A stretch of DNA of 64,000 bases from the human T2T-CHM13v2.0 reference genome, Homo sapiens. The stretch lies in NCBI RefSeq assembly GCF_009914755.1, contig NC_060928.1, one strand, 5' to 3'. The stretch's first letter is position 1; every line of letters begins with the position of its first letter. Positions 41,230 to 54,613 of the stretch are shown in pieces. The position numbers and the translations under genes are program-made. Under the pieces are notes generated by a model. It saw only the letters and a program-made list of their open reading frames with translations. It was not told where the DNA came from and did not search any database.

Positions 41230-41440
41230 CCCCAGGGATTAGGATTTTGGCCTCATGCAAAGAAAATTTCCAATCTTTAGAGTTGTCTTGAGAGGTAATA
41301 AGCTCTCTGTTCCTGAAAATAATTTGTAATCCAAGGCTGGGAAATTACTTGACAGGCATATTGTAGGGGAGTTCAAGTATAATACCATAATGTTTAAATG
41401 TTTAAAAGAATCTTTTTTAATCCTAAAGCAGTATGATTTA
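41230..41440 (+). mobile_element. L3/CR1 (or MIR3) 3' fragment
   Basis: gagaggtaataagctctctgttcctg...aggctggg...ttgacaggcatattgtag...gcagtatgatt. Confidence 0.5.
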
Positions 41441-41452
41441 TCAACATCATTT

Positions 41453-41483
<31 letters not shown>

Positions 41484-41814
41484 CTCCTATTCATATTTTG
41501 TATGTCTTTTTGTTAGCTAGACTAACCACTTCTGTGTTTATAGGATCTTTTTTTTCACTAACTCACAAAGATAGGGGTCAAGCCTGCTATCTGCTACAGC
41601 CTCACATAAACACAGAATATTTTGTTGTTACTTTAGCTTTGAAAAACAAAGCTAAGTTTAGCTTAGGGACAGAAAATGATTTTCAGAGAAGCCAAAGCAT
41701 AGGCCTCTGGGAGCCACAAACCACCATCTCCAGGCATGTGAGAAAGCTGCCTCGGAGCTTCCTTTTTGTTGTTGTTGATGTTTGGTTTTGCTCATGTCTT
41801 TTCTGTTCACCTTG

Positions 41815-42030
41815 GATGACGCGCTGCCCGCACAGGGAGGCGCTCCTGGCAGCAATCTTCAAGTGTTTACAGAAATGCCCCTCATCCCTGGACCTCTTCA
41901 GAGTGGCTGCTGGCCAACACCCATTCAAGGGGGCTCTTTCCTCTCCACCCACTTCCTCACCCTGCCCACTGTTTGCCCGCTCATGGGAAACAACCAATCA
42001 ATCAGCACAGGGTGTGCTGTTTATGCGGCC
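41815..42030 (+). promoter_or_regulatory. Candidate cis-regulatory element (CTCF-like, FOX, ETS, CCAAT motifs)
   Basis: GCACAGGGAGGCGC (41830-41843) in a CpG micro-cluster; TGTTTAC ~41864; ACTTCC 41951; CCAAT 41994; motif evidence only. Confidence 0.35.
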
Positions 42031-42483
42031 ACCTAATGAACTTTTGAACTATATGTGCTTTCCAAGAATAACTGTTAAGCACCCCTTGATTACCCTGAAC
42101 AGGCTAGGCCAGTGTTGAACTCTCTTGCTGAAAGAAAGCAGACTTCTGAGAGGTCCACTTTGTACAGAACCCCAACTTCATTCAACGAGCAGGTTAATAT
42201 GACACCCGTGGGCAGGCTGCCCCCATCATGGCAGCTGTATACCTGTCTCCAGGCTGACACTTCATGATGCTTCAGAAAACCAGGCCCTAAAGTAGACATG
42301 GCTTCTAAATGTGTCTCCTGATACACCTACTCCTATTTCAGGCCACTAGTAGAGGAGGCCTCACAACTTCTGCTCAACATTTTTTGAACTGCTTCCTAAA
42401 TTCCTTTTAATTGGGGAAATAATAATAGCTAATGTTGTTAGAACTCATATATAATGCATTATTGCTGCAATTAGTACTTGGCT

Positions 42484-42884
42484 TATGTCAGTCTATTTTG
42501 TGCAACTGTAACAGAATATCTGAGACTTAGGTAGTTTATAAAGGACAAAAATTTATTTCTTACATTTCTGGAGGCTGGGAACTCCAAGATCAAGGCACCA
42601 GCAGGTTTGGTGTCTGGCAAAGACCTGGTTTCCACTTCCAAGACAGCTCCTTGAACGCTGCAACTTCTGGAGGGAGGAACACTGTTTCTCCCGTGGCAGA
42701 ACAACCAAAGAGAATAAACACATTCCTGCAAGCCATTTTTATAACGGCATTAATCTATTTATGAGGGCAGAGGCCTCCTGACCTGAGCACCTCCCATTAG
42801 GCCCCACCTTCCAACACTGTTCCACTGGGAATTAGACTACCAACACATTAATTTGCAGGGGAAAAAAACATTCAAATCATAGCA
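42484..42884 (-). mobile_element. MSTC/MSTD MaLR LTR inside a MIR
   Basis: ttctggaggctgggaactccaagatcaaggcaccagcagg...cacctcccattaggccccacc...cattcaaatcatagca. Confidence 0.87.
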
Positions 42885-44255
42885 ACATCTTTGAAATAAT
42901 TGGTGTCTATTATAAAATCCTGTGAGTATGAATTATTAGCCCACTTTTTAAAAGAAGAAACTAAGACACGTAGAAAGGTTGTGACTTTCCTTGTACTAGG
43001 CAACTGGTTTTAAAATAAAGATTCCAACTCAGGCTCTTTATCTCCAAATGCCAGGCCCTGAATCATTACCTACTGCACTGCTTCCTATGATCTTACCTGT
43101 CATAGCCTTGGGCAGTGTGATGTCTTAATCAATCTTTTTCTTGTATTTTATTTCTTATTTGTAGTACTGCCTGCATATTGGATACTGCCCTTGCAAGCAA
43201 TTCTGAGTGGAGATAATAGTTCTGTCCCAGAGACTGGTACAATAAAAACCATAAATGTATAGATAGTGTCATTTATCTTGTCACATGGCATCACTACAGA
43301 AATGATGTGACTTCTTTTCAGATACAAAATTTCACCTGTTGGAACAGTCTCTGCAGAAAAAAAACTTTTAAAACACCTGGAGACTTTTAAACATGTGGCT
43401 GTACACATAAGTGCACCTTCCTCTATGGTCCTAGGTTGTGATTCCTGGCATTAGTGATAGCTATGCTAGAATCTGGGAATGATACGCATTGCAACTTGGA
43501 GTGTAGCATTACAGACCTTACTTTAAATGGGACCATATTATTGATGCTTTTAATATTATTTATTTTTATTATCAGAATTTCTTGCATCTTCTTATTTTTA
43601 TTTTTATTTTTTTTGGTTCATTTTCTTCCTTGCTTTTTGACTGGCATCAGCCTTTTACTGAGCCTTGAAATTTTCATTTTGGATGAAATGAAAAGTTTTG
43701 CATCTGCTGTAGAAAAAGCAGATATCCAAGGTGGTTTGAATTTACAACTACAGATATAAGTGGAACACAGGATGAGCAGATTTCCAAGGAATTTAATAAT
43801 AAAGGTGATAACAGATCAAATATTCATTCCAAATATACATGATGTGATCATTTGCCTTACTAAAAATAGATATTACACACTATGGAAATGAAGAACCTTA
43901 TTACACTTACTCCTTCTCCAGTCTACCATTGCACTCACTGCTTTGAAAACCATATCATACCTACCTTCCAGAAGTTCTGTGTTTTTTCTTTTGCCATAGA
44001 ATTTAGAGAAACGATGCTATCTTCATCTGAAAAGAGTTCTCCTTAACCTACTCAAACCCACTGTATAAGTTTTAATGGGCTCACCTTGTATCTCTCCTTC
44101 ATCCTCGAAAATTATTTCCATGGCGAATCACTGTTAGTAAAAAGAGTATTTTGTTCTTAAGACAAAAAATAAATAATGGGAACCATTTTGTAAAAGGTAG
44201 TGTGATGTGTTGAAATTTGTGCTTGTTTTAGCACCATATGGGTCAGCTCTGTTAC

Positions 44256-44425
44256 TGTAATGAATTTCTAATGTGTCAACTCAGCTACAATCTTTATCTA
44301 TTTCAACAAACACTAACCTAGGTGCCAATGTGAAGTGATATTGCAGATGTGCTTAAAATTCCTCATCAGTTGTTTTTAAGTTAGTCAAAAGAGAGATTAC
44401 CCTTGTTGGGCTTGACATAATCAAC
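44256..44425 (+). mobile_element. MLT2C/D-like LTR 5' fragment
   Basis: tgtaatgaatttctaatgtgtcaactc...caaacactaacctaggtg...agttagtcaaaagagagattaccct. Confidence 0.7.
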
Positions 44426-45034
44426 GGAACCCAGCTCAGCTACTGTAAAAAGTTTGTGTCCCAGGGGATTCAATCCACCTGTGAAACACAATTATTTAAT
44501 AGTTATAGAGAGGATAGTTAACCTCTCAGTTTCTAATTCATAAGATTGAGACTTGTGAAAATAAGTGATAGTATTTATGAACTTGCAGGAACTCAGTAGG
44601 TTCTGAATAAATAGACATTAGAATCATAAAAGTTCAAGGTTAGGAATTCAGAAAGAAGCAAAAGAGGCCTCAGTTTAAAATGTAAACTTGTTTAGTGGAC
44701 TTTAAGTGAGATAGGTGCATTTTCTCTAAAAGAGAGAATGAAATCAAGTACATACAAATCCCTTGGAAATATATTTATTCCCCTAAGATTAACACTACAA
44801 TTCCTTGATTTCATTTTGCTATCCAGGGAAGCTACATAGTAAACATGCTTGGAGACTTCACTTAGACCCTCCATGCTGGGTTGCAATTTTAATGAAGGCA
44901 GTCCAGATTTACTTTTCCCATTAGAAAATTGTTTCAGACTCTCTGTTATAACAGATGTAACACAAACAGGGACAGCTGAATAGAAGGCTAAGGGACACAC
45001 TCATGGTCAAAGTCCATTGAGCATGTGACATTTG

Positions 45035-48000
45035 CTTGGCGTGAGATGGCATCTCGTTGTGGTTTTGATTTGCATTTCTCTAATGGCCAGTGATGTCGAG
45101 CTTTTGTTCATAAGTTTGTTGGCTACATAAATGTCTTCTTTCAAGAAGTGTCTATTCATATCCTTTGCCTACTTTTTGATGGAGTTGTTTTTTTTCTTGT
45201 AAATTTGTTTAAATTCCTTGCAGATTCTGGATGTTAGTCCTTTGTCAGATGGATAGATTGCAAAAATTTTCTCCCATTCTGTAGGTTGCCTGTTCACACT
45301 GATGATAGTTTCTTTTGCTGTGCAGAAGCTCTTTAGTTTAATTAGATCCCATTTGTCAATTTCAGCTTTTGTCACCATTGCTTTTGGTGTTTTAGACATG
45401 AGGTCCTTGTCCATGTCGATGTTCTGAATGGTATTGCCTAGGTTTTCTTCTAGGGTTTTTATGGTTTTAGGCCTTAAGTTTAAGTCTTTAATCCATCTTG
45501 AGTTAATTTTTGTATAAGGTGTAAAGAAGCGGTCCAGTTTCAGTTTTCTGCATATGGCTAGACAGTTTTCCCAACACCATTTATTAAATAGGGAATCCTT
45601 TCACCATTGCTTGTTTTTGCCAGGTTTGTCAAAGATCAGATGGTTGTAGATGTGTGGCGTTATTTCCGAGGCCTCTGTTTTGTTCCATTAGTCTATATAT
45701 CTGTTTTGGTACCAGTCCCATGCTGTTTTGGTTACTGTAGCCTTGCAGTATAGTTTGAAGTCAGGTAGCGTGATGCCTCCAGCTTTGTTCTTTTTGCTTA
45801 GGATTGTCTTGGCTCTATGGGCTCTTTTTTTGGTCCCATATGAAATGTAAAGTAGTTTTTTTTTCTAATTCTGTGAAGAAAATCGATGGTAGCTTGTTGG
45901 GGATAGCATTGAATCTATAAATTACTTTGGGCAGGATGGCCATTTTCACAATATTGATTCTTCCTAACCATGAGCATGGAATATTTTTCCATCTGTTTGT
46001 GTCCTCTCTCATTTCCTTGAGCACTGGTTTGTTCCTCTCCTTGAAGAGGTCCTTCCCATCCCTTGTAAGTTGTATTTCTAGGTATTTTATTCTCTTTGTA
46101 GCAATTGTGAATGGGAGTTCCCTCATGATTTGGCTCTCTGTCTATTGTTGGCATATAGGAATGCGTGTGAGTTTTGCACATTGATTTTGTATCCCAGGAC
46201 TTTGCTGAAGTTGCTTATCAGCTTATGGAGATTATGGGCTGAGACGATGGGGTTTTCTAAATATAGAATCATGTCATCTGCAAACAGAGACAATTTGACT
46301 TCCTCTCTTCCTAGTTGAATGCCTTTTATCTCTTTCTCTTGCTTGATTGCCCTGGCCAGAACTTCCAATACTGTGTTGAGTAGGAGTGATGAGAGAGGGC
46401 ATCCTTGTCTTGTGCCGGTTTTCGAAGGGAATGTTTCCAGCTTTTGCCTATTTGGTGTGATATTGGCTGTGGGTTTGTCATAAATAGCTCTTATTGTTTT
46501 GAGATACATTCCATCAATATCTAGTTTATTGAGAGTTTTTAGCATGAAGGGTTGTTGAATTTTATTGAAGGTGTTTTCTGCATCTGTTGAGATAATCATG
46601 TGGTTTTGGTCACTGGTTCTGTTTATGTGATGTATTACATTTATTGATTTGTGTATGTTGAACCAGCCTTGCATCCCAGGGATGAAGCTGACTTGATCAT
46701 GTTGGATAAACTTTTTGATGTGCTGCTGGATTCTGTTTGCCAGTATTTTATTGAGGATTTTAGCATTGATATTCATCAGGGATATTGGCCTGAAATTATT
46801 TGTTGTTGTTGTGTCTCTGCCAGGTTTTGGTATCAGGATGATGCTGGCCTCATAAAGTGAGTTAGGGAGGAGTCCCTCTTTTTCTATTGATAGGAATAGT
46901 TTCAGAAGGAATGGTACCAGCTTCTCTTTGTACCTCTGGCAGAATTCGGCTGTGAATCTGTCTGGTCCTGGAGTTTTTTTTATTGGTAGGCTATTAATTA
47001 TTGCCTCAATTCCAGAACTTGTTATTGGTCTATTCAGGGATTTGACTTTTTCTTGGTTTAGTCTTGGGAGGGTGTATGTGTCCAGGAATTTATTCATTTC
47101 TTCTAGATTTTCTAGTTTATTTTTGTAGAGGTGTTTATAGTATTCTCTTATGGTAGTTTGTATTTCTGTAGGATCAGTGGTGATATCCCCTTTACCATTT
47201 TGTCTTGTGTCTATTTGATTCTTCTTTCTTTTCTTCTTTAGTCTGGCTAGTAGTCTATCTATTTTGTTAATCTTTTCAAAAACTAGCTCCTGGGTTCACT
47301 GATTTTTTAAAGGGGTTTTCGTGTCTGTATCTCCTTCCTTCTGCTCTGATCTTAGTTATTTCTTGTCTACTGCTAGCTATTGAATTTCTTTGCTCTTGCT
47401 CCTTTAGTTCTTTTAATTGTGATGTTAGGGTGTCAAATTTAGATCTTTCCTGCTTTCTGCTGGGGGCATTTAGTGCTATAAATTTCCCTCTAAACACTGC
47501 TTTAGCTGTGTCCTAGAGATTCTGGTACCTTGTGTCTTTGTTCTCATTGTTTTCAAAGAACTTATTTATTTCTGCTTTTATTTCATTATTTACCCAGTAG
47601 TCATTCAGGAGCAGGTTGTTCAGTTTCCATGTAGTTGTGCAATTATTAATCCTGAGTTCTAATTTGCTTGCAGTGTGGTCTGAGAGACTGTTATGATTTC
47701 TGTTTTTTGCATTTGCAGAGGAGTGTTTTACTTCCAATTATGTGGTTAATTTTAGAATAAGTGCAATATGGTGCTGAGAAGAATGTATATTCTGTTGATT
47801 TGGGGTGGACAGTTCTGTAGATGTCTATTAGATCTGCTTGGTCCAGAGCTGAGTTCAAGTCCTGAATATCCTTGTTAATTTTCTATCTCGTTGATCTGTC
47901 CACTATTGACAGTGGGGTGTTAAAGTTTCCCACTATTTTTGTGTGGGAGTCTAAGCCTCTTTGTAGTTCTCTAGGAACTTGCTTTATGAATCTGGGTGCT

Positions 48001-48330
48001 TCTGTATTGTGTGCATATGTACTTAGGACAGTTAGCTCTTCTTGTTGCATTGATCCCTTTTCCATTATGTAATGCCCTTCTTTGTGTCTTTTGATCTTTG
48101 CTGGTTTAAAGGCTGTTTTATCAGAGACTAGGATTGCAACCCCTGTTTTTTTTCTGCTTTCCATTTGCTTGGTAAATGTTTCTCCATCCTTTTATTTTGT
48201 GCCTGTGTGTGTCTTTGTACATGAGATTGGTCTTCTGAATACAGCACACTGATGGGTCTTAACTCATTATCCAATTTGCCAATCTGTATCTATTAATTGG
48301 AGCATTTAGCCCACTTATGTTTAAGGTTAA
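45035..48330 (-). pseudogene. Disrupted L1 ORF2p (EN and RT)
   Basis: ORFs 47883-48164 (GVAILVSDK, EN) and 46123-47097 ([26 protein letters not shown]). Confidence 0.9.
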
Positions 48331-49440
48331 TATTGTTATGTGTGAATTTGATGCTGTCATTATGATGCTAGCTGGTTATTTTGCCCTTTCATTGATGCAG
48401 TTTCTTCATTGTGTCAACGGTTTTTACAATTTGGTATGTTTTTGCAATGGCTGGTACCAGTTTTTCCTTTCCATGTTTAGGGCTTTCTTCAGGAGCTCTT
48501 GTAAGGCAGGCCTGGTGGTGACAAAATGTCTCCACATTTGCTTCTCTGTAAAGGATTTTATTTCTCCTTCACTTATGAAGCTTAGTTTGGCTGGATATGA
48601 AATTCTGGGTTGAAAATTCTTTTCTTTAAGAGTGTTGAATATTGGCCCTACTCTCTTCTGGCTTGTAGGATTTCTGCAGAGAGATCTACTGTTAGTCTGA
48701 TGGGCTTCCCTTTGTGGGTAACCCGACCTTTCTCTCTGGCTGCCCTTAACATTTTTTCCTTCATTTCAGCCTTGGTGAATCTGACGATTATGTGTCTTGG
48801 AGTTGCTCTTCTCGAGGAGTATCTTTGTGGTGTTCTCTGTATTTCCTGAATTTGAATGTTGGCCTGTCTTACTAGGTTAGAGAAGTTCTCCTGGATAATA
48901 CCCTGAAGAGTGTTTTCCAACTTGGTTCCATTCTCCCCGTCACTTTCAGGTACACTAATCAAATGTAGGTTTGGTCTTTTCTTATAGTCCCATATTTCTT
49001 GGAGGCTTTGTTTGTTCCTTTTCATTCTTTTTTTCTGTAATCTTGTCTTCTCACTTTATTTCATTAAGTTGATCTTCAGTCTCTGATATCCTTTCTTCTG
49101 CTTGATTGATTCAAATATTGATACTTGTGTATGCTTCATGAAGTTCTCGTGCTGTGCTTTTCACCTCCGTCAGGTCATTTATGTTGTTCTCTAAACTGGT
49201 TATTCCAGTTAGCACTTCCTCTAACCTTTTTTCACGGTTCTTAGTTTCCTTACATTGGGTTAGAACATGCTCCTTTAGCTTGGAGGAGTTTGTTATTACC
49301 CACCTTCTGAAGCCTACTTCTGTCAGTTCATCAAACTCATTCTCTGTCCAGTTTTGTTCCCTTGCTGGTGAGAGTTGTGATCCTTTGGAGGGGAAGAGAC
49401 ATTCCGGTTTTTGGAATTTTCAGCCTTTATGCGCTGGTTT
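48310..49440 (-). pseudogene. Disrupted L1 ORF1p (boundaries approximate)
   Basis: ORF 48648-49025: QSLQEIWDY..RPNL..VPE..QIQEIQRTP..TPRHIIVRF..KGKPIRLTVDLSAE. Confidence 0.85.
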
Positions 49441-49850
49441 TTCCTCATCTTTGTGGATTTATCTACCTTTGGTCTTTGATGCTAGTGACCTTCAGATGGG
49501 ATTTTTGTGTGGATTTTTTTTGGTTGAATTTGATGCTATTCGTTTTTGTTTGTTACTTTTCCTTCTAACAGTCAGGCCCCTCTGCTGCAGGTCTGCTGGA
49601 GTTTGCTGGAGGTCCACTCCAGACCCTGTTTGCCTGAGTAGCACCAGTGGAGGCTGCAGAAGAGCAAAGATTGCTGTCTGTTCCTTCCTCTGGAAGCTTT
49701 GTCCCAGAGGGTCACCTGCTAGATGCCAGCTGGAGCTGTCCTGTATGTGTCTGTTGACCCCTCCTGGGAGGTGAGATGTCTCCCAGTCAGGAGGTATGGG
49801 GGTCAGGGACCAACTTAAGGAGGCAATCTGTCCTTTAGCAGAGCTCGAGC

Positions 49851-50148
49851 TTTTTTTTTTTTTTTTTTTTGACGGGTTTCCTCAGTCACCCAGGCTAGAG
49901 TGCAGTGGTGTGATCACAGCTAATTGCAGCCTCAACTTCCTTGGCTCAAAGGATCCTCCCACATCATCCTCCTGATTAGCTGGGACTACAGGCACACTCC
50001 ACCACGTCAAGACAATTTTTTAATTTTTTATCAAGATGGGGGGTCTCACTGTGTTGCCAAGATGGTCTCGAACTCCTTGGCTCAAGTGATCCCTCTGCCT
50101 CAGCCTTTTGAAATGTTAGGATTACAGATATGGCTACTGCATCCAGCC
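49851..50148 (-). mobile_element. AluJ
   Basis: T20 tail, J-type gatcacagctaattgcagcctcaac; abuts the L1 5'UTR. Confidence 0.92.
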
Positions 50149-50459
50149 ACAATTCATATATTCTTGCATTCAATTATACAACTGTTTATTTATGCAAAAT
50201 TTTTTAAAGGAGCAGTTAGCATGATCCTGGCAGGTGAAGTGAAGGCATGAGGTGGGAGTTGGAGGAAAGTGACTGATAGATGAACATCGACTATAAAGGA
50301 GGCAACAAAATGCTTGAATTTGAGAAGTGTGCTTTGTATACATGGAATGAGGTCTAGACATAAGTATTTTATGATGCTTCCCAGTAAATTTGTTGCCCTC
50401 TCGATTTTGAGAACCATGCTAGTTCCTCAACACATGCACATATGAACATAGGATACAGT

Positions 50460-50620
50460 CCCCAGGGTACGAGTGAGGGTCTGGAGCAAACTGCTTAGGT
50501 TCAACGTCTCGTCCAACCTTACCAGTTGCATAACCTTGAGTATGTCCCTTTGTTTTAATAACTCCATCTAAAAATAGAGGATAATGCCATGTCCCTTATA
50601 CAAGGGACTCTTGAGAAAAC
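50460..50620 (+). mobile_element. MIR
   Basis: tctggagcaaactgcttaggttcaa...cttaccagttgcataaccttgag. Confidence 0.6.
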
Positions 50621-50865
50621 GAAAAGTTGAAATTACTTTTAGCAATATTTGGCCCATTGCAAGTCCCTGATATATGTGCACATGAGAGGAAAATAAAGTA
50701 CAGCTCCCTAATGACACCAGAATGGCAAAAACCATCTGGTGGAAACAGGTTTTCTAGACCTGTGCTTTGCAACCAGTTACCTTTCAGCTGTCACCTGATT
50801 AACAAGAAACTCTTTCTGTTTGACTATCTTAGATACTTGATATACCCTCTAGTGCCTTGAGTTGG

Positions 50866-51122
50866 CAATAAGGTATTGTGAACTTAAAAATTTGTTTGTT
50901 AAAAGAGTATGTCTCATGCTGTGTTCTTATCACACACATACACAAGGGTCATAATGAAACTTTTAAAGTCAATGAAAATGTTTTTTACCTTGATTGTGGC
51001 GATGGATGATAACATAAGTCTATACACATGTCCAAGCTCACCAAATTGTACACATTAATCATGTGCAACTTTTTGTGTACTAATTGTGCTTCAATAAAGC
51101 TGGGGAAACAAAACAAAACAGA
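50866..51122 (+). mobile_element. L1MA9/L1MB-age 3' end
   Basis: taccttgattgtggcgatgg...caaattgtacacattaa...cttcaataaagctgggg plus (CAAAA)n tail. Confidence 0.8.
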
Positions 51123-52658
51123 ACAATACTCCCTTGGCTGTCCTACTTTGTCCAAATTACAAATTACTTTTTGTCCCTGGCTCCTCAAATGAGCTGTTAG
51201 AATGGGGAACCCCTGCTGAGGGTGGAAAATTCTAATAGAAACGTAATGGAGTCAGAGCAAACTGTAATCTCTGCCTGGCTACAGACTTGGATGGGGATTT
51301 TGGAACAGCTGGAACAATTTGTAAGTATGCTCACATGATGAGAAAATTGTCCTGCAGAAGTCTGGGAAGAGTGCACCATCTGTTTAAGGTGAAACCTCAA
51401 CTGGAATTTGTCTTATATGCAATTCTTGCACATTTGTGTTGTTGCCTTTTGTTTTTCGCCATACATGGTTTAGTACTAAATATGAGATAAGTATAATTAT
51501 TTTCATATTACAAGAAGAGAAAACCATGGCCCAAAGAAGCAATGTCCCATCAGGTGTGTGCCCACCCTCTACCGTACACTCAGGGCACCAGATGAGCCAG
51601 GTGTCACAGCACCTGATTCAAGGCCTTGGCTCTGAAGCATCCATAATTTTAGCCCTATATATGCAGCTGTTTTTCTCCCCCCATAGCCCTTTGAGATTAA
51701 TTTTTTAGCCATTTCTTTCAGATTCAACTGTGCTTTATTGTTCAGATTAAGCACTAAATCCTGTTTCCTTTGATCCAAATTGACTCCTATTCATCAGAAT
51801 TCTGGTCCTCCATCCCCCAGGCTTCATCATGTAGAACTTCTCTCAGTTTGGTTTGAAACCCAGATCCTATTATCCCAAACCCCTCTGTGTGGATGTGAGC
51901 CTCATTGGTGTTCTCTGGCCCAAGGATCTGGAACTGATTATTTGCTAATTATGACAAGGGTGTTAAACCCAAACCTTCTAATTTATTTAATCAAGATAGA
52001 CAAAACTTTACTGTAATAAAACAACCCCAGACTCTTGGTGGTTTCAATAACAAATGCTTAATTCTTTATCATCCTATGTGTCCCCCAAGAGCAGCTTATG
52101 TGCCTGGTTCACAGGTAATATAGCATGTTTGGACTGGGCATTTTTGTTTTTGTTTTTGTCGTTCATACCAGAGAATAGATTTTAAATGGTCGACCTGGAA
52201 TAGAAAAGTCAAATAAGCATAAGCTCTGGATATGGCCTGGATTAAGTACCAGAGATAGATGAAAACATGCATTTTAAAAGCAGAGTTGTACACAGGTCAC
52301 CATGCTGAGAGTGTTATCAGAATTTAAGGGACAGATTTCAAGATAACCAGTACGTGAGTTAAAAAAGGAACAACATAGTAGCAACTGAGTGACCTGTAAT
52401 GGATTTTGGAAACCTCACTTGGCCAATAATATTCTTCAGGGTCAAGACCTGCCCAGTGGGGTGTCACTGTTGCTTAAAGGTCACCATGCTCAGAGACTAA
52501 TGCCTAATTCCTTTCAGTACTTTCTCTGTTATGTGACTTGAGATGCCAAGCAAAATGGAAGGAAGCTAACCTCTACCATGAACAAGATAATTTTCAAGTA
52601 GACTCTTATTTAATTGTGACTACAGTCATTCTAGTAGTTATTGGCTTATCTTAAAAAA

Positions 52659-52670
52659 TACACACACAAA

Positions 52671-52716
<46 letters not shown>
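52659..52716. repeat. (CA)n(GA)n microsatellite
   Basis: Seen directly. Confidence 0.95.
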
Positions 52717-52720
<4 letters not shown>

Positions 52721-53719
52721 GAAGTTCATGAAAAATATAGGTATCAAGCAACTGGGGTTTGAACCTGGGTCAGTCCAACTCTAGATAATACAAGCGCTGC
52801 CCCCTTCGCCATGCTGTGTTCCATTCTGGGATTTATGAGGTGGGCCCAGGATAACAGGTAATGATGATGCTCAGTATTAGGTAGTGATGCTCATTAACAG
52901 GTAATGATGCTCAGTTATGATCAGGTGAAGACTCCTGTGCATAGCAATGCAAATGCAAGCTCCTCCAATGATCCTGATGATGTTGTTCAAGAAAAGCTGG
53001 CAAGGTATCTGCTGCCATAAGGCTTCCCTCAAAGTGTGCCCAGCCTTGGCTATAATCACCAGAACCCAGGAAGATTGCATGGGCTGTCAGCTCATAGTTT
53101 TCGCTCACAAGTATCGTCATATCTTAATTTCTACTTGTCTAGAAGGCAGAGCTTAAGATGTTCTCTCAAGGGGTCTTTGAGTAAATTAGTGCCCATTACC
53201 CTGCAATGACATGCATTTTGCTCATAATAAATGCATATTGAAACATTGAACAGTCTCCTACCTCCAGGATTTGTCAAGCTGCCCTACTCCTTTGCATTGC
53301 GCCTAAACCAATTTTAGTTGTGGCCACTTTGATCAGGTTAGACTCCTGCTGAAATGTGTCCAATAATCTGCTGTTGACCTCATTGCTCCCTCCTCCACTG
53401 GCATCTGTTTTTTGCCTCTCCCTGTGTTCTTTCCAGCTTGAGTCTTCTACCCCATGCCTTCATCCATCTGTCTTTCAGATATGTGTCTCTCCTTCCTCCC
53501 TGCCCTCGCACCTGTTATTGCCACCTTTCTGCTTACCCAAATAGAATATACTCATTTGGAAGGATCACAGGAAGTTCCTAGTGACATCTCATTCCTCTCT
53601 GCTCTTGTGGTTGGAACTGATGGCTTTAAAATTTACCTTAAACTACATTGGGATAGATATAGAAACACAGAAGTAAAAGTACAAGTAGAAATAGAAATAG
53701 AAATACATATGCATATACA

Positions 53720-54060
53720 TATAGGAAGCCAGCTGCCATATCATGAGGACATTCTAGCAGCTCAGTGGAGAGGTTTCTGTGGCAAGAAACCGAGTCTTCC
53801 TGCCAGTTGCCAATGTCGACTTGCCAGCCATGAGGGGCCACACCTTGGAATCAGATCTTCCAAATCCAGTCCAGCCTTCAAATGGCCGCAGCCCAGTTGT
53901 CCTCTGATATCTCATGGGATACTAGCCACCAGAACCAACCAATCAGGTAGCCCCTGAATTCCTGACCCTCAGAAACTGTGCAACATAATACATGTTCATT
54001 TATTTTATTAGAACCACTAAGTTCTGTGGTAATATATAGATAGCAATGGATCACTAACAT
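53720..54060 (+). mobile_element. MLT1F/G-like LTR
   Basis: ggaagccagctgccatatcatgagga...gaattcctgaccctcagaaactgtg...ccactaagttctgtggtaat. Confidence 0.8.
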
Positions 54061-54341
54061 AAATGTCTAGAGTTCACTAGGGACCAGCTGTATGCCTAGC
54101 CATTTGCTAACTGCTTTACCTACCTCGTTCTGTTCATTCTTACTCCACTTCAGAAAAGGATTGGAGTGTCTTTATATCCATTTTCCAGATGTGGATGCCG
54201 GGACCAAGAGATTTTAGGCAACCTATCCAAGAATCCAAAATGATGCCAAGGCCCAGAGAATGGTGAGGAGACTCTTACTTACCATCCAGCTCCCAGTGCT
54301 ATCTTGATAGCTCATACTGGGGCCTTAAAGTCCACATAACT

Positions 54342-54613
54342 GGCTGGGCATGGTGGCTCATGCCTGTAATCCCAGCACCTTATGAGGCCAAGGCGGGTGG
54401 ATCACAAGGTCAGGAGTTCAAGACCAGCCTGGCCAAGATGGTGAAACCCCATCTCTACTAAAAATACAAAAATTAGCCAGGCGTGGTGGCACGCACCTGT
54501 AATCCCAGCTACTTGGGAGGCTGAAGCAGAGAATTTCTTGAACCTGGGAGGTGGAGTTTGCAGTGAGCCAAGGTCATGCCACTGCACTCCAGCCTGGGAG
54601 ACAGCGAGACTCC

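Larger units (their letters stand above)
45035..49850 (-). mobile_element. Primate L1 (L1PA7/8-like), 4.8 kb, lacking both termini
   Basis: Contains 5'UTR 3' part, ORF1 and ORF2 to the start of the C-terminal domain; many stops and frameshifts; no 3'UTR or poly(A). Confidence 0.93.

Noticed and set aside
41390-42118. 242-aa ORF, the longest outside L1
   Set aside because: Starts in an L3-like relic, crosses a (TA)(TG) microsatellite, and has no recognisable domain; most likely chance.
49154-49774. 206-aa + strand ORF
   Set aside because: Antisense reading of L1 ORF1/5'UTR; not a host gene.
52794-52812. CTCF-like GGCGAAGGGGGCAGC on the minus strand
   Set aside because: Lacks the key C in the 5' half of the core; weak match.
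52858-52980. Possible C/D box snoRNA (ATGATGA ... CTGA)
   Set aside because: No terminal stem; the boxes arise from the local tandem repeat.
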